Part shown: piece after piece, positions 11,289-20,210 of the stretch
How positions within the stretch are numbered: the stretch's first letter is position 1
Layout of the letters: every line of letters starts with the position of its first letter
Source of the DNA: Vicinamibacterales bacterium
GTDB lineage: Bacteria; Acidobacteriota; Vicinamibacteria; Vicinamibacterales; JAMQPK01
Length of the DNA: 64,000 nt
Direction of reading: 5' to 3'
Assembly: GCA_035937795.1 (NCBI GenBank)
Contig: DASZHO010000046.1
Coordinates: 936 to 64,935 of the forward strand
Notes under the pieces: generated by a model
Told to the model about the DNA's origin: nothing
Database searches by the model: none
What the model saw: only the letters and a program-made list of their open reading frames with translations
Translations under genes and position numbers: made by a program

Positions 11289-12398
11289 ATGTCAAGAGCG
11301 GCGCGGTTGGGAGCCTTCATGGTCGCCGCACTGGCGATTCTGATATCGGGCATTTTTATCATCGGCGGAAAGAAGTACCTGTTCACGTCAACCTATCGGC
11401 TGAACGCGCAGTTCGCAACCGTCGTGGGCCTGGAATCCGGGGCGGAAGTCCGCGTGGGCGGCGTGCACAGCGGGTCCGTCTGGAGCGTGCAGTTACCAGG
11501 CAAGCCGACGGACAAGATCACGGTATCGATGGACCTCGATAAATCAACCCACAACATCATCAGGCAGGACTCCATCGCCACCATTGAAACCGAGGGGCTC
11601 CTTGGGAACGAATATGTGGCGATCTCGTTTGGGTCTGCCACAGGGGCCAACGTTGCCGATGGGGGCACCATCGGGAGCGAGCCGCCGATCGCCATGTCGG
11701 ACGTCCTCAAAAAAACCAACGGCGTTCTGGACAGCAGCCGGGAAGCTCTCGCAAATGTGACTCGAACAACCGCCAGTCTGAGTTCAATCAGCACCAAGAT
11801 CGATAACGGTCAAGGTTCAGTGGGAGCGTTGATTAACGACAGGAAGATCTACACCCAGCTGGACCAGACGGTGGGTGGGTTGCGCGACACCGTCGCCAAA
11901 GCTCAAGCTGGAGCCGCGGGCTTTCAGGAAAACATGGAAGCGCTAAAGGGTAATTTCCTGCTACGCGGATTTTTCAAGAACCGTGGCTACGCAGAATCTT
12001 CCGACCTGGCGAAGAACGCCATCGTGCGTCTTCCAGAAGGCGAGCCTTTGAAAACCTTCACGTACGAGCCGGGGCAGCTCTTCGACAAGATAGACACAGC
12101 CAAGCCCAAGAATCAGAAATCTCTGCGCGCGGCGGGCCAGTATCTGGCCGACAACGAGTTTGGTCTCGCGGTCGTGGTTGTTTCAACGAGCATGGCTGGA
12201 GACACGGAGAAGGACCTCGTGTTGACACAAGCACGAGCCTTGGTGGTACGCGACTACCTCGTCGATAATTTCGGTTTCGATGACGCGGAACTCAAGACGT
12301 TTGGCGTTGGCAAGAAGAGCGGGACGAACCCAGGCGCCGGCTGGGGAACGGTTGAGATCAAGGTCTACCCTCCCGGCACTGATATTCCCGCCAAGTAG
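11289..12398 (+). CDS. mlaD: MlaD/MCE-domain protein with OmpA-like C-terminal extension
   Basis: N-terminal TM helix and MCE-like region (YRLNAQFATVVGLESGAEVRVGGVHSGSV). The C-terminus LTQARALVVRDYLVDNFGFDDAELKTFGVGKK resembles the OmpA_C peptidoglycan-binding motif. Confidence 0.75.
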   Translation: MSRAARLGAFMVAALAILISGIFIIGGKKYLFTSTYRLNAQFATVVGLESGAEVRVGGVHSGSVWSVQLPGKPTDKITVSMDLDKSTHNIIRQDSIATIETEGLLGNEYVAISFGSATGANVADGGTIGSEPPIAMSDVLKKTNGVLDSSREALANVTRTTASLSSISTKIDNGQGSVGALINDRKIYTQLDQTVGGLRDTVAKAQAGAAGFQENMEALKGNFLLRGFFKNRGYAESSDLAKNAIVRLPEGEPLKTFTYEPGQLFDKIDTAKPKNQKSLRAAGQYLADNEFGLAVVVVSTSMAGDTEKDLVLTQARALVVRDYLVDNFGFDDAELKTFGVGKKSGTNPGAGWGTVEIKVYPPGTDIPAK

Positions 12399-12419
12399 CT
12401 GGTGGCCCGTCCCGAACGG

Positions 12420-14147
12420 CTACTGCCCGTCGATTGTCAACGCGTAGAGCTGGTGGTTCCCGCTGCCTTCCACGCCGGACCTGGAGTAGCCGGACCCCCA
12501 GTAGACAGAGCCGTCCACGACGGCCGGGCCGGAGTTGACCGAGCTGCCGGCGCTGAGCTGCCGGAGGATGGCACCGGTCGCTGCGTCGAGCGCGAACATC
12601 TGGTGCTGGGTCGGGAGCTTCGCCATCGACGAGGCGTACACGACACCGTTGGCAACCGTTACCGGAGCGAGGTCCCACACACCGACAGTTCCTTTGCCAG
12701 CCAACGTTTCGACCTGGGGATCAGCGGTCTGCCAGAGGATGACTCCGGTCGTCGGATCGAGCGCTGCCCAGGAGCCGCCGGTGACAGTCGTGTTGCCGAT
12801 CACGCCGTTCTGCGTCAGCTTGTAGGGAATGTGGTGCTGGTTGGTGATCGAGGCGTAGATGCGGTCGCCGTCGAACGCCGTGCCCCACTCCATGCCGCCC
12901 TGGTCACCGCCAGGGCCGACGAGGGTGTTCCAGATGAAATCGCCGGTCTTCGCGTCGAGGGCGACGTAGACGCCGCTCTTTTCGCCGATGCCGACGACGG
13001 TGCGCTTGTTCGAGCCGTGGCCGATCTGGAAGACGTTCGGCCCGGAACCGCCGAGGTCCCACTTGTCACCACCGTGCAACGGATTGTCGGATTCCGCGGC
13101 GCACCACGTCACCGCAGGGGGCTGCGACCCGCACGCTCTCTGCCAGGGAACGTCGCCCACGACGCGGTACGACCACACCGGTTCGCCGGTCTTCAGGTCA
13201 AATGCGACGATCGAACTGAGGTAGGAACCCGGCTGCTCGCAGGACTCGTTGAACCCATTCGGGTCAGCGGCGTTGCACGCTTTCACCGCCGCCGGCTCGC
13301 CGGCGGCGACCTTGAAGGCCCCGAAGACAAGACCGTCCTGAAGGTCAACCGCCGGCGGCCCGAACATAACGGCGCCCCAGTAGCCCCCTGAAGGGTCGTT
13401 GTCGCCCAACGGATCGCCATCGGGGTTCGGCAGCGAGTAATGCCGCCACCGGATGCGGCCAGTCTGCGCGTCGAGCGCGACCAGCGCTCCCGGGTATGTA
13501 GACACCCCTGACTGCGACGTGCCGACGTAGATCGTGTCCTCGGCGAGGACCGGCGACCCGGTCATGATCGCATGCGGGTCCGGATCCAGCCGCGTGCTCC
13601 AGCGCAGGTCGCCCGTCCTGGCGTCGATGCCCATCATGATCGGGGCACTGAGGTCGCCGATCACGAGCGTGTTTCCGGCGAGCGACGGACTCGTGCGCGA
13701 AATGTCGCCCGGGATCCCGGTATAGTCCGACACCAGATGCGACCAGACCACGGCGCCGGTCTCCGCGTCGAGCTTCCAGAAGGTGCCCCCAAAGTCCCCG
13801 AAGTACACCGCTCCGTTCACGACCGCCGGGGTCGCCGAGACGTCCCCGGTCGTGGTTGCCACCCACTTCGGCGCGAGGCGTTGGACGTTCGCCGGCGAGA
13901 TGTCGCGCTCGAACGGCTGATTGCGGGTGTTCCTCGAGTCCTGGCCGATCATCGGCCAGTCTGGTCTGTGCCTTCGGCCGTCCTTCTCTCGTTCTTCATC
14001 CTCATTCCTCGCGTGCTCCTTCCCATCGTCCTGCGCGATTGTCCGTGAGACGCCCGCAAGCGCCGCGAGCAGCGCGACGATGAGCGCGATCTTCGAGAGA
14101 CGTGGCCGAGGCCTGCCCGACCGATCGTGTTGAACCCTTTCAGCCAT
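12420..14147 (-). CDS. PQQ-like beta-propeller repeat protein (secreted or membrane-anchored)
   Basis: 575-aa ORF with an N-terminal TM/signal (IALIVALLAALAGV). Repeated motifs of the form ATPAVVNGAVYFG...G..W.LDA.TG...W are typical of PQQ-like repeats. Confidence 0.8.
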   Translation of the reverse strand: MAERVQHDRSGRPRPRLSKIALIVALLAALAGVSRTIAQDDGKEHARNEDEEREKDGRRHRPDWPMIGQDSRNTRNQPFERDISPANVQRLAPKWVATTTGDVSATPAVVNGAVYFGDFGGTFWKLDAETGAVVWSHLVSDYTGIPGDISRTSPSLAGNTLVIGDLSAPIMMGIDARTGDLRWSTRLDPDPHAIMTGSPVLAEDTIYVGTSQSGVSTYPGALVALDAQTGRIRWRHYSLPNPDGDPLGDNDPSGGYWGAVMFGPPAVDLQDGLVFGAFKVAAGEPAAVKACNAADPNGFNESCEQPGSYLSSIVAFDLKTGEPVWSYRVVGDVPWQRACGSQPPAVTWCAAESDNPLHGGDKWDLGGSGPNVFQIGHGSNKRTVVGIGEKSGVYVALDAKTGDFIWNTLVGPGGDQGGMEWGTAFDGDRIYASITNQHHIPYKLTQNGVIGNTTVTGGSWAALDPTTGVILWQTADPQVETLAGKGTVGVWDLAPVTVANGVVYASSMAKLPTQHQMFALDAATGAILRQLSAGSSVNSGPAVVDGSVYWGSGYSRSGVEGSGNHQLYALTIDGQ

Positions 14148-14260
14148 GATTCCTCCCTCGGATTCTGGGATTTTGCTTCTGGCCGCCCGGATGGGGCAAC
14201 GTTATACACCAAGATTTGCCGGGTGCTGCACAGTATTTCCGCGACAACCATGCTTCCAAA

Positions 14261-17053
14261 TTAACGGATTCCCTGACGCGGCGACGATACGCACCCGCCG
14301 GCGTGGCGCGCGCGACAGCGGTTGTTGACCGTCGCGGCGAAGTCACCGAGGAATCCTCCGGACGCGACGCAGGCGGAAAGATCGCCGACCACGTGGAGCG
14401 CCGCCCGTGCACGCGTGAGAGCCACGTTCAACAGCTGATCGGCATCCGCGACCCATCGGACGAGACGCGGCAGCATCCCTTCGGCGACAACGGGGGAGAA
14501 GATCATCACGTCGCGCTCATCGCCTTGAAAGCGATGTGCGGTACCTACGGTCAGTCGACCTTTCACTTCATCCCACCACGGTCGTGATCGGACGGCTTCC
14601 TCGATCCGTTCCATCTGCAGCCGAAACGGAGTCACGACGCCGAAATCGACGTTGTTGCGCAGAAGCAACCCGGAATTCGACCATTCGTCGAGTAGATCGA
14701 GCACCGCCTGTATCTCCAACTCGTTGACGGCGCTGCGCGACGAGCGTAGCACCAGGCCACCGACGTCGTGCCAGTAGAGACCCAGCGGCTCGCTTCCGAG
14801 CCGTTCACGCAGCTTCTTCAGCGCCGTCCGCACGGTGAGCCGGCGCTGATAGAACGCGTCGTTGGAGAACTCGATGATTTCCGGATGAGACCGATAGTGC
14901 TCGGCGAGGAACAGCGGTTGTTCGCCCCGCTCGAGCACCGTGCTCTCGGCAAGCGCGTACACCGAGCGCTCGGTGTAGGACCACGCCGCGAGAAGATGCG
15001 CGACATCGTACTCTCTGGCAAGGCTCTCCTCCTCGGAAGCGGACAGGGTGCTGATATGGCGGAGTTGGCGCGGATCGCCGATGACGAGCACGCGGCGGGC
15101 GCGAAACAGCAGCGGCAGTGCGGACGGAATGTCGCACTGGCTTGCCTCATCCAGGATGAGGAGGTCGAAGAGGGCAGGCTCGAGTGGAACGGCGTTCCGG
15201 ACTGACAGGTTGGTCACAATCCAGAGCGGCAGATCCAGACCGAGCAGCCGCACCGTCCCCTTGAACTGTTCAAGAACTTGAAAGAACGCGCTGCCCCGGT
15301 TCTGCCGTGCGCGGGAGGAGAGGTCGAAATAACGGCCGAGCGAGTGCCGCAGAGACAGAGCTCTGCGAGCCACACGATTCGTCCACACCGCTCCAAGATT
15401 GTCGGCGGTCAGTTCCGCGTGGCGGCGCTGGAGCAGGTCCAGGCGCTCCGCGAGGACGTCGGCGGATTCCTCGGCTCTAAGTACCTCCGAGGCCCGCAGG
15501 TGACGGTCTTCGGTGGCACGCCAATACACGAGGCAGGCGAGCCTCTCGCACGCCTCCGCAAGCCGGGCGAACGGGTTCGTGCCCTGCTGGTCGGCGAGCG
15601 CGCGAAGGTCTGTCCGCACGCGCAGCGGTAGAGCCGACGCGAGCGCTGCCAGTTCGGCGCTCACGAGGCGGCGCATCGCGGGCCCGGCAAACGCCTGCCG
15701 CATCCTCAGCCGGAGTCCCACCGGGCGCATCCCGGCAAGCTCCTCTGCGGTCCACCTGAGCCGCTCAACCCGCGAGAGGTCCGGCAGAGGCCAATTCCCT
15801 TCAGTCCACGAGTGCACCCAGGCCGGAACGACCAGGCGCTCGGCAACCCGGCGGTCTCTTTCCAGCGCGATACACTCCGATCGAGCACGTTCCAGATCCT
15901 GGATCCGTTGCTCAGTCTGCGTGATGGCCTCGCTCAGCTCGCTCAAAGCTCTCGGCGATGGCGGCGCTGGCGCCGCATCGGGCCGCAGGGCACCAAGTCT
16001 GGCCGACATCTCTTGCTGCGACTCGGCCATTGTCTGACGGCTGCCGAGGCGGAGCGTCCAGTCGCGGCCGCTGCCGAGAGCCGCACGCAGGCGGTCACGG
16101 ACTACATCGACGGCTTTGTTGTTCTTGCTCGAGAAAAGCACGGGACGCATTGCCAGAGCACAGCTCGCGAGGAGGTCGACGACCACTTGAGACTTGCCCG
16201 TCCCCGGCGGTCCGGTGACGACAGCGAGCGGGGAGCGAAGTCCCGCTCGTGCGGCGTTTTCCTGCCCGCGGTTGAGCGGGAGGACCTGGAAGAGTGGGGG
16301 CGTCTCGGTGGCTCGTGCGGTTGTGCGCGTCCGGGCGGTTGCGCCGATACCTGTTACAACCCCCGCCGCCGTCGCGCCAAGAGCCATGAACAGGCGCGGG
16401 TATTCCGCCAGCGCCTCCAGCTCGCGGCGCAGGTGATGGGTATGCGCACTCCGCTCGCTCTTGAACAGGATCGGCCGATTCACCCACCGGTTACAGGGGA
16501 AATCGGCTTTCGGGAAAGGCTCCAACCGATCCGCCACGAAGGAGGGCATCGGCCATCCCAGCACTTCAAAGGCTGCGTTGAGCCGCATTCCGAACGATCC
16601 GTATTGACCTTCGAGTTCCGCCCGGATCGCTCGCAACTCTTCCGGCTGGACATTGCGCCGCTTGAATACGTGATGATTGAGCTGCAACTCACCTGCAGGA
16701 CGGACGACGAACCGGCGATCTTCAACGTGCGCCACGTCGACGAGCGTGAAAAAAAGCGGCGACAGAAGGCCCGTTTCGTCGAGAAAAACCGGGTAGCCAT
16801 AGAAGAAATGCTCCGTTCCGGCCACCAGCGCGCTTCCTCCCAACAAGAGTTCGAGATCCGAGGTGAGATTCACCTCGAGAGTGGCCTCCGGCGCCTCGAG
16901 ATGAAAGAGCTGCTCCTCTTTGTCCCAGGGCGAAACAAGGGAGTGGTGCTCGGCCGAGAGCTTCTTGGTCAACGAACGCCGGTCTTCCGCCTCGATGCAC
17001 GCCAGGTAGAATCGAAGCAGGCGAAGGAATTCCTTCTCGGTCATTGACTGCAT
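14261..17053 (-). CDS. Superfamily-1 helicase (Upf1/DNA2-like AAA_11/AAA_12 core) with uncharacterised ~290-aa N-terminal region
   Basis: Motif I VVTGPPGTGKSQ, motif II LILDEASQCD, motif III VIGDPRQL, motif VI LNVALTRAR. Start taken at ATG 17053 (MQSMTEKEF), with an alternative at 17044. Confidence 0.85.
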   Translation of the reverse strand: MQSMTEKEFLRLLRFYLACIEAEDRRSLTKKLSAEHHSLVSPWDKEEQLFHLEAPEATLEVNLTSDLELLLGGSALVAGTEHFFYGYPVFLDETGLLSPLFFTLVDVAHVEDRRFVVRPAGELQLNHHVFKRRNVQPEELRAIRAELEGQYGSFGMRLNAAFEVLGWPMPSFVADRLEPFPKADFPCNRWVNRPILFKSERSAHTHHLRRELEALAEYPRLFMALGATAAGVVTGIGATARTRTTARATETPPLFQVLPLNRGQENAARAGLRSPLAVVTGPPGTGKSQVVVDLLASCALAMRPVLFSSKNNKAVDVVRDRLRAALGSGRDWTLRLGSRQTMAESQQEMSARLGALRPDAAPAPPSPRALSELSEAITQTEQRIQDLERARSECIALERDRRVAERLVVPAWVHSWTEGNWPLPDLSRVERLRWTAEELAGMRPVGLRLRMRQAFAGPAMRRLVSAELAALASALPLRVRTDLRALADQQGTNPFARLAEACERLACLVYWRATEDRHLRASEVLRAEESADVLAERLDLLQRRHAELTADNLGAVWTNRVARRALSLRHSLGRYFDLSSRARQNRGSAFFQVLEQFKGTVRLLGLDLPLWIVTNLSVRNAVPLEPALFDLLILDEASQCDIPSALPLLFRARRVLVIGDPRQLRHISTLSASEEESLAREYDVAHLLAAWSYTERSVYALAESTVLERGEQPLFLAEHYRSHPEIIEFSNDAFYQRRLTVRTALKKLRERLGSEPLGLYWHDVGGLVLRSSRSAVNELEIQAVLDLLDEWSNSGLLLRNNVDFGVVTPFRLQMERIEEAVRSRPWWDEVKGRLTVGTAHRFQGDERDVMIFSPVVAEGMLPRLVRWVADADQLLNVALTRARAALHVVGDLSACVASGGFLGDFAATVNNRCRARHAGGCVSSPRQGIR

Positions 17054-17277
17054 GGCCTCGCTTCGCGAGACGCGTGCCAGCAAGAGAACGGCCGAAAATC
17101 CGTCTCGACTTCGTTTGCTGGTGCCGCCGTTGCCATGCTTTCTCCGGTTACCACACGCAGTTTCTGCGCACCCAACCGGGGATCGAGGGTTAACACCTTC
17201 GAACCATCATCAGTACCACGCTCGAAGCATGGTCCGGGGCAGCGGACAAGACGTAACTTGTCTGTGAGAGGTGGTCT

Positions 17278-18675
17278 ATGAGGTGGAGAAGAATCGCAAT
17301 CACGGCACTCCCGGTGGTCACGTTTCTGATCGCGTTCGTCGCATCCCTGTCCGCGCAATACCCCCCGCCCCTAGGCACGGCTACGGATCCAGGTGTCCGT
17401 GGCGGTGACCCCGGTGCCGGCGCGGCGATCGCCGGGCTGACGCCCGGGCAGGGCCAATTCTTCGATGCGGGCAAGGCCGACTTCGAGCAGGCCGAGGGTG
17501 TGGCCGACGGCCTTGGCCCACGTTTCAATCTCAATTCCTGTGGAGGGTGTCATGCCCAGCCGGCGATCGGGGGCACAAGTCCGGCGATCAATCCCCAGAT
17601 CGCAATGGCTACAGACTCGGGGGGCCAGAACCAAATACCGTTTTTCGTGCTGCCGAATGGCCCGACGCGCGAAGCCAGATTCAAGTACCAAGCCGATGGT
17701 GTCACTCGCGACGGCGGGGTACACGACCTTTTCGTGATTACAGGGCGTAGCGATGCCCCAAGCGGTTGTCAGATTGCGCAGGAGGATTTCAACGCACAGG
17801 CCGCACGGAACAATCTTATCTTCCGCATCCCCACACCAACGTTTGGTTTGGGGCTGGTTGAAGCCATTCCCGACAACGTCATCTCTCAGGGGCTCGGGCA
17901 GAATTACGCGGCCAAGCAGGCCATGGGCATTTACGGTCGCGTGTCGCGAGTGCCGATCGGGATGAACTCGACGGTGAATCGCAACGGCAATGACGGCACG
18001 ATTGCGCGCTTCGGCTGGAAGGCGCAGAACAAATCGCTCCTGCTCTTCTCAGGCGAGGCCTACAACGTGGAAATGGGTATTTCCAACGAGCTGTTCCAGA
18101 CTGAACGCGATGAGACGGCCGCCTGCCAGGCCGCGTTTGTGGCAAACAACGTCGCCAATCTGGATGCGGCGGCGCCGATCGATGCGACCAGCGACATTGA
18201 GAAGTTCAGCGACTTCATGCGTTTCCTGGCTCCGCCCACGCCGTCTCAGACGGTGCCCGGAGGGGCGCTCTCGATTACATCGGGAAGCATGTTGTTCGGC
18301 AACATTGGATGCGCCCATTGCCACACACCAACCCTGATGACGGGCAACTCGCCCATCGCAGCCTTGCGCAACCAGCCCGTGAATCTGTTTTCCGATCTGT
18401 CGCTGCACAAGATGGGTCCTGGTCTCGCGGACGACATCATTCAAGGCCAGGCTGCACCGGACGAGTTCCGGACGGCGCCTCTGTGGGGTCTCGGACAACG
18501 GCTCTTTTTCCTGCACGACGGCAGAACCTCGGATCTCCTGGTTGCCATCCGGGCACACCGGAGCGCCGCCTCGTCCCAGTTCGGTGCCTCCGAGGCAAAC
18601 CAGGTCATCAATCTGTTCGATGCGCTGCTGCCGGCCCAGCAACAGGACATCCTGAATTTCCTTCGTTCTCTGTGA
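17278..18675 (+). CDS. Di-haem oxidoreductase family protein (DUF1111-like, putative peroxidase)
   Basis: 465-aa ORF with a signal peptide and two CxxCH motifs (CGGCHAQP, CAHCHTP). Confidence 0.8.
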   Translation: MRWRRIAITALPVVTFLIAFVASLSAQYPPPLGTATDPGVRGGDPGAGAAIAGLTPGQGQFFDAGKADFEQAEGVADGLGPRFNLNSCGGCHAQPAIGGTSPAINPQIAMATDSGGQNQIPFFVLPNGPTREARFKYQADGVTRDGGVHDLFVITGRSDAPSGCQIAQEDFNAQAARNNLIFRIPTPTFGLGLVEAIPDNVISQGLGQNYAAKQAMGIYGRVSRVPIGMNSTVNRNGNDGTIARFGWKAQNKSLLLFSGEAYNVEMGISNELFQTERDETAACQAAFVANNVANLDAAAPIDATSDIEKFSDFMRFLAPPTPSQTVPGGALSITSGSMLFGNIGCAHCHTPTLMTGNSPIAALRNQPVNLFSDLSLHKMGPGLADDIIQGQAAPDEFRTAPLWGLGQRLFFLHDGRTSDLLVAIRAHRSAASSQFGASEANQVINLFDALLPAQQQDILNFLRSL

Positions 18676-18716
18676 GGAGGTTCGCGATAACATTTTCAGC
18701 AATCCAATAACTGTAA

Positions 18717-18750
18717 GCGGAGCGGCTCTCCTGGCCGCTCCGCGCTTTCG
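18717..18750 (+). terminator. Candidate intrinsic terminator hairpin
   Basis: GCGGAGCGGC-tctcctg-GCCGCTCCGC (10-bp stem, 7-nt loop) lies 42 nt after the stop at 18675. It is followed by GCTTTCGAGTT, which is only a weak T-tract. Confidence 0.4.
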
Positions 18751-18870
18751 AGTTCCAGTTGAACGGACACAGGTCGACTCGATGGGCGTGCCACCTTGAC
18801 TCGCCTGCAATGACATATTCGTTATCTTGCACTTCTTTCACAATAATTCAGGAATTCCAGTCGATTTCAG

Positions 18871-19632
18871 TTGCTCCAAAGACTGATCGAGTCGCAACGT
18901 CAATGCGTGCAGGATCGAGCTATCAGTGCGCCGATCAAGGCTGAGGGTGAGTCCGCCCGAATCCTGATTGCGGGCGACCATCCGATTTTCCGCGATGGCC
19001 TCAAACGGCTACTCGAAGCAGAGCCGGACATGCAGGTGGTCGGCGAGGCCGGCGACGGCGCGTCCACGCTGCAGCTTGTGCGGCAGGTGAAGCCAGACCT
19101 GCTGCTATTCGATCTGGCGATGCCGGATGCCGGTCTAGATATTTTGCGGGCGTTGGCCGCAACCTCGAAGCTGCCGCGAACAATCGTGCTGACGGCGACC
19201 ATGGGGACCAGGGATCTCCTCGTCGCGCTCAAACTGGGCGTCCTCGGAATTGTGCTGAAGGAGGCGACAACGAAGTCGCTCTGCGAAAGTATCCGCTGCG
19301 TGCTGGACTATCGCTACGCGCTCGGGCCCGAGCAGGTCGGCGATCTTGTTCATGCGATGTTCGGTTCGCCCGGGGAAGGATTGGTGCGGAGGAACCGCTT
19401 CCACCTGACCCACCGTCAGCTCGAGATCGTATCTGCAATCGCCCTCGGTGAGACCAACAGAGAAGTCGCGAAGCACTTCTCAATCAGCCAGGAGACCGTC
19501 AAGCGCCACCTGTCGAATATCTTCGATAAGCTTGGAGTCTTCTCACGCCTCGAGCTCGCAATCTTCGCGCTCAACCACGGTCTCATCGAGAATGACGGTG
19601 ACGCGGGTGGAGCTCGCGAGAGCGCCTACTGA
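18871..19632 (+). CDS. NarL/FixJ-type response regulator (REC + LuxR HTH)
   Basis: REC pattern ILIAGDHPIFRDGL...PDLLLFDLAMPD. LuxR HTH LTHRQLEIVSAIALGETNREVAKHFSISQETVKRHLSNIFDKLGV. The start is uncertain (TTG 18871 or GTG 18907). No kinase gene is adjacent. Confidence 0.8.
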   Translation: MLQRLIESQRQCVQDRAISAPIKAEGESARILIAGDHPIFRDGLKRLLEAEPDMQVVGEAGDGASTLQLVRQVKPDLLLFDLAMPDAGLDILRALAATSKLPRTIVLTATMGTRDLLVALKLGVLGIVLKEATTKSLCESIRCVLDYRYALGPEQVGDLVHAMFGSPGEGLVRRNRFHLTHRQLEIVSAIALGETNREVAKHFSISQETVKRHLSNIFDKLGVFSRLELAIFALNHGLIENDGDAGGARESAY

Positions 19633-20210
19633 GGAACCCAGATCAAATAAAGAGCGACGATCGAGACCACGCCCAGAGCGGCCACGATGAACCCGCTGCG
19701 GCGGCGGGCTCGAAATGAAAGCAGTGTGACCATGCCGGTGAGCGCGCTCAGGGTGAGCAGGATCGCGGTAAGGTCGATGATCCAGTACCACGCAGGCCCG
19801 CTGTCGAAGCCTTTGTGGAGATCGTCGAGCCTGCCGAGAAGTCCGCGGGTTTCAATTTCCACGTCGCCGACTCGTTGCGCCCGGTTCACCGTCACGACTG
19901 TCCGGTGGCCGGGAGCCGCAAACGTCACCTGAATCTGATCGGGATCTTCGCGATAATCCGTGAGTGGCGAGCGAACCCCGAGCGTCTCTCGAAGGTGTTG
20001 GCCGAGGGCTTCCTGGTCGGGGTGTGCAAGGACATCGGCGGATAGGACGATCGTCGACTTCGTGATCGTCGGTTGACCAAAACCAAAATCCTGGTGATTC
20101 AGCGTGAATCCCGTGATTGCGAATAGCAGTACGAGCGTGAAGCCTGCCATCGAAATGTAGATATGCAGTAGCAAGCCCCAGTGCCCAACGACCCGGACGA
20201 GGTGCCTCAT
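19626..20210 (-). CDS. PepSY-associated TM-helix protein (short form)
   Basis: Start taken at the internal ATG 20210 (MRHLVRVVGHWGLLLHIYISMAGFTLVLLFAITGFTLNH), which forms an ATGA overlap with the upstream gene stop at 20207. Hydrophobic helices at both ends. Confidence 0.7.
   Translation of the reverse strand: MRHLVRVVGHWGLLLHIYISMAGFTLVLLFAITGFTLNHQDFGFGQPTITKSTIVLSADVLAHPDQEALGQHLRETLGVRSPLTDYREDPDQIQVTFAAPGHRTVVTVNRAQRVGDVEIETRGLLGRLDDLHKGFDSGPAWYWIIDLTAILLTLSALTGMVTLLSFRARRRSGFIVAALGVVSIVALYLIWVPQ

Noticed and set aside
12402-13391. + ORF of 329 aa
   Set aside because: Antisense shadow of the PQQ-like propeller gene.
15812-17047. + ORF of 411 aa
   Set aside because: Antisense shadow of the SF1 helicase, which carries the complete helicase motifs.
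14148-17277. Helicase locus as a defined anti-phage defence system
   Set aside because: No adjacent nuclease, methyltransferase, protease or second component is present. A single SF1 helicase is insufficient evidence, so it is kept only as a low-interest finding.
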